8,743 nucleotides of DNA from the NCBI GenBank assembly GCA_964035545.1, contig CAXIUT010000270.1:1-8743 (forward strand), given 5' to 3'. This DNA is from Bugula neritina. Taxonomy: Eukaryota; Animalia; Bryozoa. Below, in pieces: positions 1 to 8,674 of this stretch. Each line of letters opens with the position of its first letter. Positions within the stretch are counted from its first letter, which is position 1. The position numbers were made by a program, and so were the translations under genes. Below the pieces are notes generated by a model that searched no databases, was not told where the DNA came from, and saw only the letters and a program-made list of their open reading frames with translations.

Positions 1-111
1 CCCAACCCCAACCCCAACCCCAACCCCAACCCCAACCCCAACCCCAACCCCAACCCCAACCCCAACCCCAACCCCAACCCCAACCCCAACCCCAACCCCA
101 ACCCCAACCCC
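1..111. repeat. Left telomere, (CCCCAA)n (C4A2, Tetrahymena-type ciliate repeat)
   Basis: Perfect CCCCAA tandem array from base 1, C-rich on the top strand as expected for a left chromosome end. Confidence 0.97.
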
Positions 112-165
112 TGTAAAATTATATCAATACTAAAATAAATATGAGTATTCAAATGTCAATTTATA

Positions 166-881
166 TCAGTTTTTACTTTTAAGAGGAATTCTAGGTTGCT
201 GTCCTGCTTCTCTGTTCTTCATAGCTATTCTCACAGATATCGGAATGGGGTCAATGGCTGCCTTTATCACTTCTGGTCCTATCATATTACTTGGTTTGAA
301 TGAGGCAGGTTTCACAATCTTGTTTATAGATGTTGATTTAATTGGTTATCTCATGTTAGTACTATTCTGTCTAGACCTTTCTCCTCCGGCTCTTTCATTT
401 CTACGTTGTCCTCTTTACCTCATTTGATCTTGTGAGACTTCTGCTCTTTCTTCTCTTCTCCTCTCACAACGTCCACTATGTTCTTCGAAATCTTTGAACA
501 TGATATTTCTGTGACAGATAGTGCATGGCTTAGTTCTAGCTCCACATGATTCTGAATGTTTAACAAATTCTGACTGAGGCCAAGTATTATCACAGTACTT
601 GCACATAACTGGTTTTCTGGGACAGTTATCAGGATGACTGCTGACAAGTTCTGGCTAGACCATGAGTCCACACATTTAGCATTATTTTTTCTAATGGAAC
701 TATTTCTAAATAATTTGACGTGTACTTAGTGTTGTTCTTGATCATTGATGTCGATCATTTTATCACAAAATTTGCATTTTTTAATATTACGGCAACAATA
801 GGCTTCATGAAGATCGATTCTATCTGAAGGAAATTGTTTGAGGCAATTACTACACTATTGAGTGGCATTTTCTGACTACAT
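166..881 (-). CDS. XAF1/TRAFD1-like TRAF-type zinc-finger protein, 231 aa; exons 881-726 and 705-166
   Basis: ATG at 881 gives MxSENATQxCSNCLKQFPSDRIDLHEAYCCRNIKKCKFCDKMIDINDQEQHx, then after a 20-nt intron KxFHxKKxCxMCGLMVxPELVSSHPDNCPRKPVMCKYCDNTWPQSEFVKHSESCGARTKPCTICHRNIMFKDFEEHSGRC...RIPLKSKN-TGA (168-166). There are five tandem CxxC...H-x3/4-C/H fingers. The CxNC...LHEAYCxRN and HxxxCGART motifs are characteristic of the XAF1/TRAFD1 N-terminus. The ORF-track call 415..606 is an internal piece of this gene. Confidence 0.88.
706..725 (-). other. 20-nt spliceosomal intron in the zinc-finger gene
   Basis: GTACACGTCAAATTATTTAG. It has GT..AG ends, and removing it joins zinc-finger-coding segments that lie in different frames. 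Confidence 0.88.
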
Positions 882-1038
882 TAACTGATAGATTCAAATT
901 ATAATTGAACTTCTATATTATCAATCTAAAATATATTAACATTTATTCATAATAAATAAATTACAACAGATAGATACTTTATTTCTTCTATCAATATAAA
1001 AGTAACTATCGTAGCAAATATATTCAATAATAATAATA
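882..1038. promoter_or_regulatory. Putative bidirectional promoter / divergent intergenic region (157 bp)
   Basis: AT-rich spacer between head-to-head ATGs (881 on -, 1039 on +). An (AAT)5 run at 1026-1040 leads into the + ATG. Function is inferred from position only. Confidence 0.55.
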
Positions 1039-1980
1039 ATGATGCAAGAAGAATATGATTTAGCTAACTAGAAACTCTCAGGATGGAATCATTAAATTCT
1101 AGAATAAACGGATTCTTATTTTTTTGATAATTCACTCAAAAGAAAAACAGTTCTTGGAACTCTTCCTAAAATATATGAAAAACAAAATAAAAATGCATAT
1201 CAAAAAAAATATAGCTAGAGATAAATCCATAAATAACCTGTTTAAACTACCAAAATAAAAACAAATAGAAAGATTACTAATTCATTTTAGTTGATGAATA
1301 ATAAAGCAAAATTGAAATTAAAGTCTAAAAATTCAATGATACCTTTAAAAAATCATCTTCAATCAATCATCAAATAAGAAAAAGAACATTAAAGTACCAC
1401 TGAAGAAGAATAACTTAAAAAATAAAATACTAATATCTCGAATTTAATCTTTCCTTTCAAACCTATAGAAGGAAATAAAACACAGAAGAAATAATAAAAC
1501 ATGAAAAATCTTTTTAAAAAATATCATATTGATACCATTACAAGTGAAGAAATTGTTCAGTTTTCTAAAAATAGATCCAAATTGAATATGAGCATTAAGA
1601 CTATCTAATTAATTGATAAATAAATAAATGAAAATATCTAGAAATGTCCAACTAATCGGCATTTACATACTTAAAGTAATATAGAAGAAAATAAACACAA
1701 AAAATCATTAAAAAAGAAACATTTAAGAAGAAAGACTTTATAAAGGGTTCAAAATGTTAGCTAAAGACTCAGATATAAACCGTAAAAGCATCATAGATAT
1801 TCATAGAAGGAAGGTATGAGAGAAAGATAAGGATAAAAATTAAAAGAATTAGAAGAATTCGATGATGGGATTTTATTTATCAAATCTCCCTCGCAAAATA
1901 AAAAAAAGCATTTTCCAGTGATAAAAGAATCTGAAATTCAAAGATTATCTCCTTTTAAAAGATCATTTAGATTTAAATGA
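1039..1980 (+). CDS. Hypothetical Lys/Arg/Asn-rich protein, 313 aa
   Basis: TGA-free frame of 314 codons from ATGATG at 1039 (MMQEEYDLANxKLSGWNH...) to ...RLSPFKRSFRFK-TGA (1978-1980). Many in-frame TAA/TAG; no intron needed; no recognisable domain. Confidence 0.75.
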
Positions 1981-2027
1981 GTCTTTAATTGATTTTTTAA
2001 TATAAATTTCCTTCTATATTAAGAAGA

Positions 2028-3440
2028 ATGAGCCCTTCCCCGAAAACAAAATAGACCATACGAAAACTAACTTCTGAAGTGATTTAAAATATTGAAAAAG
2101 AAATTGGAAATGATGCTATCAACATAGCAGCCTAACCTCGTGATTTAACTACCATCATTCAACAGAGAAATGATAGTAGGAAAAGAAAAACTTAAGCATC
2201 CCTTTCTAAGCAAAAAAAATATGACTATGATGCATTGGAAGAAATAAAACATTCTAAACTAGTAGAAATTAAAGAAATATAAAGGCACTAAAATATCTTG
2301 AAAAAGTCAGGTGTACTAGAGAACTCTAGTGTGAGTAGAAGCTTTTCAAAATTATAGATTTCCAGAATGACTGAAGAATAAAAGAAAAATATAAAGTCCA
2401 TTCTTAAAAAACAAAAGGCTTTCGCTAAAGAATTACAATAGAAAGAATCTAAAATGGCTGCCTGGGTAGCCTAAAAAAGAGCTTAAGATTAATAACTTAG
2501 AAACAAGTAAATGAACTAAAAATGTGTTATCAGAAAGAAATAACTCCAAAAATAAAGAGAATAACTTGACAAAAAAAGGAAGGAAAGATAACTTAGACAT
2601 TAATAAGAACTTAAAAAGCTCAAATAACTTAAAGAAAAGAAGTTTCTTTATCAAAAAATGGAATAAAAAGCTCATAACCATGATGAAAGATACTCTTTAG
2701 ATAAATAAAATATTCTAGCACTTTAAAGAGAAAGAAGAAAAATGGCTGTAGCCAATATATCTACTCATGAATTGAAATATTTAGAACTAAAGAGGGAAAA
2801 AGAATAAAAGCGCTCTAGATAAATAGAAAACAATCTTACTAACAGCAAAGTCCAACTCCCTTCAAGCAAATCAAAGTTTTGGCAAAGTATAAAAGAGGAG
2901 TAAGAAGAAAACGAGCTTATTGCAAAATGGATTGTCTAAACGAAATAAAATAACATAAACAAACAAAAATAGTTTAGTAAAAATGTAAAAGAGTTATTTC
3001 TACCTAAAATATCTTCAAAACCCGTAAAATAAAATAATAAATAAGAATAAATAGAATTAAGAAAAAAAGCTCTTAAATTAGAAGAAGAACATAAGCTTGG
3101 AAATGAATATATGAAAAATGCTAACTAAAAGGTAACTTCAAGACAAATTTAAAAAGATAAAAAAACACTTTAAATAGTAAATGAAGAAGGAGGATATTCT
3201 GCCTTTTACAAAAACTATCTATCAGATCTCAAGAAAGAACACAAAGAAAATCATAAAGACCTTTCTTCTAAAGGATTTGAAAAAGTGTTGTAGAATCCTA
3301 ATTTAAGCTAAGATAAGAAGTTGAAAATAGCAATGAAGATGATGGATGCCAGATAAGGTCAATATAGTAAAAACAAAAATGGTAAAATAGTGGATTCGAT
3401 AAAAAGTAAATTATTAATACTCAATAAAATGGTTAGATGA
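2028..3440 (+). CDS. Hypothetical coiled-coil protein, 470 aa
   Basis: TGA-free frame of 471 codons, MSPSPKTKxTIRKLTSEV... to ...IVDSIKSKLLILNKMVR-TGA (3438-3440). It has a long K/R/E-rich helical middle and short motif-like blocks (KFWQSI, FSKNVKELFLPKIS, GNEYM, KNYLSDL). Confidence 0.85.
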
Positions 3441-3514
3441 CTTTTGATGTTGATTTTATTTTACTATCATATTTAAAAATAATATAATATTAAGACTTAA
3501 AATACTATTTTTTA

Positions 3515-4300
3515 TCATTAAATTTGACAATTTGGAGAAGATTCTTCATATTCCCAAAAAATTGTGTTAATTGATCTATTTTTATTGATCAAGACAACTT
3601 TTCGAATTGATTGATCAATTATTTTTTCATTATTCATTATATCTTCTTTCTTTTCATCTGGAAGAAGTCTATTTTTAATATATTCAAATTTCTATACCAT
3701 TTTGTGTGATTCATATTTACATCTTCTGAAAGTTTGTTTGATTAATATACCTTTCTCGGTTTTTACAACCTCTATATCTTATTCTGGTTATCTATGTCTC
3801 CCTTTTAATTTATTGATAGTTATGTCTAAATAATCATTATCGTATGAAAATTTATTTAAAATTCTAAAATATTAAGGGTATTTTTTTTACATTTTCTTCA
3901 TTCTCTTTTGTTTGTTCTTTTAGGCTCGTTTATTTTTCTTTTTTATATCTTCTAATCTTAGCCATTATGATTTTTATAATTGTTATTGTTTTCTTTTAAA
4001 ATAACCTTAATGGTTATCAAATCTTCTTCTTTGTTAAAATTTAACTTCCTCGAGTACTTCATCAATTTTTTCTCTCAATATATTGTCTAATCTTGGATAT
4101 CTATATTTTCTTCGATCATAATAGGGTTCTTCTGGTCTTTCTTACAAAGTATAATAATAGGTGGATTCAATTTCTCTTGTTTCTTTACGTCTACAACTAT
4201 CTTTAATCTCAAATATATTTTTCTTTATCTACTTCAAATTAAAAGATTATTCATAAACCTATTCAAAAACTTCTTCTTAAAAAGTAAGTTATTCTGACAT
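3515..4300 (-). CDS. Hypothetical protein, 261 aa
   Basis: TGA-free frame of 262 codons from ATG 4300 (MSExLTFxEEVFExVYExSFNLK...) to ...FWEYEESSPNCQIx-TGA (3517-3515). No recognisable domain. Confidence 0.75.
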
Positions 4301-4400
4301 ACTCTCCTCATATATGAAATAAATATTTTATTAATCTATCCTATTATATAAAAATAAGTTTAATAAGAAATATGAATATAGGATCTGTATTATATCATTA

Positions 4401-7400
4401 TCAGCAAGATTATACTTTAGATAGAACTTTTGCTTCTTCTATTTTCTAAAGAAATTCTGGAGTAATAGTCAAGCTAGCTTCCTCACAAAGTCCTAAACGA
4501 CTATAAATGGTATTAAGCATGCCAAGACAATCAAGTTTCATTGAAGTTGTTTTAGTTAAAATTCTCTTTTTCTCGTTCATTTCCTTGTCTAATTAGTCAA
4601 TATCATCCGGTGTAAATATCTCAGCATCCTATTCTTAACTGTTTTATCCACTGACTACATTCTAGTTTTAATCTTTAGCTCGATTTAAAGTTTATAATTA
4701 TCTCTTTTGATCCTCATACTTCTTTTGAAGTTATCCAAGTTGCATCTTTCTTTCATTAATTACAGTTTAGAACTATCTCTTCTTTTAAAGTCCATTTATC
4801 AATCTCAGATATTCAGGGTCATTTGTATATTCTTCAGTTTCAAGGTTAATATGCTTTGAAAGTTGCTCAAAGGCTTCAAGATATTGATCTTATTAAGAAT
4901 TAAGGCTCTTTTTAGGTTTATCATAGATAGATTATTTCTTCTCTTTACAAGAACTTTGATGAAGCTCCTGTAGTTCTTTTCTTTTTTATTCAAGTTCTTC
5001 AGCAATCATAGAGTCATACTTAACAACTTAGCTTTGGAAGTTTTATCTATTTCTCAAAGTTTGTTGAATTTATTTTTGTAAATTTGTTTAATTCTCAATT
5101 CTTTCACAGCAATTAGCTACAAACTTCTTTGTTAATTTTTTCACTTAGTCAGTTTTCTTTTTAAGTTGCTGAATAGATTCACTTTCAGTTCTAATCATCT
5201 TTTTGAAATTATTGCATTCAACAACTAAATCAGGAATAGCCTATTCATTATGAGTCTTATTCTTTCGACATATTTTAATCAAAACATTTAATCGTTCATG
5301 TTAAAGTAAAGAATATGCATATTGATATTTAACTTTCTATATTTTCTATTCAATTTCAGCTATTCTTTTCTTTTTCTAGCCTATCTTCTTTTCATTTTTG
5401 AGTTGACTTTGATTGTTGTATTGAATAATCTTAAGTTATTTTAATCTTTTTGCCAAAACTTTGTTTTTGTAAAGATAAGAATCAAGTTCTCTACGAATAG
5501 ATCCATTGTTCTTTTCAAGTTCTTCAAGCTATTTCATCATTTACTTATTAACATTTTGTTTAATTCTTGGTAGAAGACCTTGCTTAGAACCATTGAGATC
5601 ACAATTTTGTCCTTTTCCTTTCTTTTTATGGAATGAATGTAAAATACTTGAATAGTCAGCATTGTTTTAAGCAGTGATGAAGACAGAATTTTTGTCATCT
5701 TTTGTATTGATGTTATCGATTTCTTTTGAAAGGTTGTGCAAACTAAGGAAAGAATGAGTCACAAATGATAATTATTAGACTCCTCTCTTTGTTTTCTTAT
5801 TCAATCTGGAACTATCATCATTCTTGCCAGTATTAGTATTTTATCTATTTGATAATTTATCATAAAGTCCTCCATTTAAATTATTCAATGAACTTTTTGT
5901 TGAAGTTTTCTTCATCTTTGGTGCATCTTCAGCTTTCTACAATATGGCTTGTTTCTTTTTCTTAGCTTCAAGAGCTATCTTTAATGCTTCTGAATAAAAA
6001 TATAATTACGGATTGTAAATTCTCGTTCTTCACCAACTGACATGTAAGAAGTAGGAGAAGTGAAGCACTTTCTGAGTTTATCAGAATAGTCACATTTCAT
6101 GGTCATACAAACCCAAGGAAATTGCATCCAAATCCATCTCTTATAGTAATAGTTAGTAGGTGGCTTTTGGTTTAGTTCAAATTCTTCTACTACGGTTTTG
6201 GCATAGAGATTCTTCAAATCTTTAAAGTCTTCAGGCTTAGATTTTTATTTCTAAATATTTTTTATTCTAGCAACTAAGTTATTTGATTCAGTTTATTCAT
6301 CAGAATCTTAATATTCATCATCTCTTTCGTTATCTAAAGTTTGAAGTTGCTATGGCTCCTTTTCTAATGATACTTTCTCTAAAAATCCTTTGATTTAGTT
6401 GTAGTAGTGTTCTCTAAAATGATTTTCATTGCTCTTTACTTCAACGTTCAACTGTTGAATTCGAGGTTCTTTTGCTTTCTTGTTTCTTCTCTTACCACTA
6501 TCAACTTATGTACTCATTGTTTTTTTAATATGTTTTCCTTGTTCTATTTTATCGTACATTTCCTTTAATTTTTTCTTCAATTTTTTCTCTTCTTCTTTTT
6601 AATCATTTTAACCGCTTTAGGTTTCATAAATCTTTTCTTGAGTATTTTCTTGAGGATCTTCTTATTAACAAAGAGTCAAATTTTTAAACTAACCAAGAAT
6701 TCCAATATCTTAAAGTTCTTTTTTGTTTCCAATGAGCTGAGGATGTCTAAATTAAGGAGTATAGTAGGTTTAGAAATCAGAAAATTATCTCAAAAATCTC
6801 GAAATTTGAGTAATAATTCTGAATAAGTCATCAGAAGTAGGATGATAATGCATCTAAAAACCTTAAATAGCTTTATTGTATTCGATAACAGGATCAAATG
6901 ATCTTTATTCCAACTTTTGCCAATATCGACATAGATCATATTTAGTATAAGGGTTAAAGAGAAGCAAAAAGTTTTCTATATCTGATATAACTTCTTTAAG
7001 TTTGAAGTAATTACCGGCACTATAGAGTTGGAATGTTTATTCTTCAAGCTTTCTGATAGAATTTGGTGTTTTCTTCAAGGCATCAGCTATCTTTTAACTG
7101 GCTTGAATAGGAGTAAAATCATATTTTTAAAGTATAGATTTTTTAAAACTATCGTTTTTGATCATCCATAAAGTATGAAAGTTCATGAGGAATGGCTTAA
7201 AGATAGCAAAGAAGATTTTCAACTATTCAGCATCCATTTTAGTAATAGCTATTATTTATCCCTTCGTAATTCCTTTTTGAGTATTTATCATTAGGTTAAT
7301 CACATCTTTGAACTGAGTTTCACTTGTAAATAAGTTTTGACTCCAGAATTACATGATATATCCAAAGAGTTGTTCAACAGTTTTGAGTTCTCTTAATCTA

Positions 7401-8337
7401 GATTTATCTATCTTTTAAATACAGTTTGATATCTTCAATAAGGAAGGTTATTCTAGTTATGTAGAATCTAGCTTTTCAGGGAGAAGACAGTTCAAATAGG
7501 CCTTGATAAATAGACTACTAACTTCCACTTTTTTTATCTTTTCCTACAAAATCATTAACAAATCGCTACTAATACTTCCTTAAATGCACAATTGTTTTTC
7601 TAAATGATTTTTTATCATAGATTTCATGATACCTCCATCATAAGGGATACTAACTTTTTGACTTCCTAGTTTATTAAAATATCTCATAGATTATGATTAT
7701 TTTCCTGCAGTAACGATGACTTTAACATTTTTAGGGAAGCATTTAGGTAACCAGAAGGCAATATTACCTTATTTTCCACTATTTTTATCAACGAAGTAAT
7801 CGATTCCTTCAAAAACAAGAATAATTTTATTGTAAAGAACGTCTAGATTTTTAATAGCCTGATTTTAGATTCTTTGATTGCAAACATCTAGCCAATATGA
7901 AAAATATTTTCTAAGTTTTTCATCATGAAGTTCCACCTTCTGGTCGATATTTAGTTCCTATCTCAACTTGATTAATATTCTATATAAGGCATAGAAATAG
8001 TTGCTGTTGTTTCCTCCAGTAGTTGCGAAGTGAAGGATCATGAGATCATTATTGCGAGTTCCCTTCAGAGATTGATGGTACTAAAACCATTTCACTAGGA
8101 GAGTCTTTTTGCCCACACCTCGATCTGCTTCAATCACAAGAGGAGTGTTTTCTTAAGCTGGGACGTCCATTTTGAGCCACTATTCGATCATGAGATAATA
8201 TTTTTCTAGTCCATTTCCAGGTTGATTTTTGTAGAAGTTAAGCATCACGTCAGAGGTGCTAGGTTATAGATGAATTACTCAATATAGTTGGTGTAGTCTT
8301 GGAATTCTTGATACTGTTCGAAGTTAGATTTAGGCAT
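4401..8337 (-). CDS. NACHT-like (STAND-class) P-loop NTPase of the NWD1/NPHP3/TEP1 type with a coiled-coil C-terminus; 1298 aa from ATG 8337 (exons 8337-8279, 8258-6010, 5989-4401); the start may instead be ATG 8554
   Basis: Continuous TGA-free reading after removing two 20-nt GT-AG introns; ends ...LSKVxSC-TGA (4403-4401). Motifs: PLVIEADRGVGKKTLLVKW (Walker A region 8102-8128), LHFATTGG, KIILVFEGID (Walker B region 7799-7825), FWLPKCFPKNVKVIVT (WLP..P..VK.IV[ST] signature of this NACHT group), TQKGITKGxII, RKLEE, DLCRYW. The ORF-track call 5981..6217 is an internal piece. Confidence 0.85.
5990..6009 (-). other. 20-nt spliceosomal intron in the NACHT-like gene
   Basis: GTAATTATATTTTTATTCAG. 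Removal gives ...EEREFTIQALKIALEAK... and moves into the frame that stays open to the TGA at 4401. Confidence 0.88.
8259..8278 (-). other. 20-nt spliceosomal intron in the NACHT-like gene
   Basis: GTAATTCATCTATAACCTAG. Without it both flanking frames meet a TGA; removal gives ...DYTNYIDTSDVMLNFY... Confidence 0.85.
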
Positions 8338-8340
8338 TTT

Positions 8341-8385
8341 CTAAATAGAATATAATTCAAAAGAATATCATTTGCTTTTCTATAC
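8341..8385 (-). other. Candidate 45-nt intron linking the telomere-repeat exon to the NACHT-like gene (alternatively 5' UTR / subtelomeric leader)
   Basis: GTATAGAAAAGCAAATGATATTCTTTTGAATTATATTCTATTTAG. It has a GTA donor like the other three introns and a T-rich TTTAG acceptor. Its length is 3n and it contains an in-frame TGA. The length is an outlier versus the 20-nt introns. Confidence 0.4.
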
Positions 8386-8390
8386 AACTA

Positions 8391-8548
8391 GGGGTTGGGG
8401 TTGGGGTTGGGGTTGGGGTTGGGGTTGGGGTTGGGGTTGGGGTTGGGGTTGGGGTTGGGGGTTGGGGTTGGGGTTGGGGTTGGGGTTGGGGTTGGGGTTG
8501 GGGTTGGGGTTGGGGTTGGGGTTGGGGGGGTTGGGGTTGGGGTTGGTT
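8391..8548. repeat. Internal (interstitial) telomeric tract, 25 GGGGTT units plus a degenerate GGTT
   Basis: Same orientation as the right telomere but separated from it by 126 bp of unique AT-rich DNA. It has two variant units, G5 at 8457-8461 and G7 at 8524-8530. Confidence 0.93.
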
Positions 8549-8674
8549 ATCCATTTTTGAGACCTTAAAACCTTGAAAAGTAACTAAAATACATAAATAT
8601 GTAAAATCTATTTCCCTGTTAAATTTTAAAATATTCTGAAATATATTTTGTTAATATTTCTTCAGCAAATTAAA

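Noticed and set aside
112-165. Shared subtelomeric motif at the telomere junctions (112+, 8390-, 8674-)
   Set aside because: Beyond AT richness and a T following CCCC, I could not see a convincing common motif in three examples.
245-671. ORF-track calls 245..427 (+) and 420..671 (-)
   Set aside because: Antisense and off-frame shadows of the zinc-finger gene under the wrong genetic code.
1978-2030. Fusion of the two + strand genes by an intron or TGA read-through (GT at 1981, AG at 2023/2026)
   Set aside because: The donor lies after the TGA, and neither acceptor places the downstream ORF in frame.
2433-2681. Hydrophobic Leu/Phe-rich - strand ORF resembling a membrane protein
   Set aside because: Antisense shadow of A-rich Lys/Glu/TAA codons in the 2028-3440 gene.
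3864-3890. Possible 27-nt GT-AG intron (GTAAAAAAAATACCCTTAATATTTTAG) in the 3515-4300 gene
   Set aside because: It is 3n long, has no stop and is not needed for the frame, so it cannot be supported without cDNA.
1039-4300. Pseudogene interpretation of the TAA/TAG-rich frames
   Set aside because: The frames lack TGA over hundreds of codons and end cleanly at TGA, which indicates codon reassignment rather than decay.
4805-6826. ORF-track calls 4805..5005 (-) and 6638..6826 (+)
   Set aside because: Off-frame and antisense overlaps of the NACHT-like gene, whose own frame stays open through both.
4401-8548. Calling the NACHT-like gene TEP1 (telomerase-associated protein) because it abuts telomeric repeats
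   Set aside because: No TROVE domain or WD40 repeats are visible; only the NACHT subtype is shared.
8357-8554. Stand-alone 65-aa QP/PT-repeat protein from the ORF track
   Set aside because: The switch from QP to PT and the early TGA depend on a single extra G (8457-8461). It is better treated as a candidate first exon or a non-coding tract.
8372-8560. + strand ORF encoding (GW)n(LG)n, superficially like an Argonaute-binding GW-repeat protein
   Set aside because: It is simply the G-strand translation of the telomeric repeat, antisense to the NACHT-like gene, with no link to any larger coding frame.
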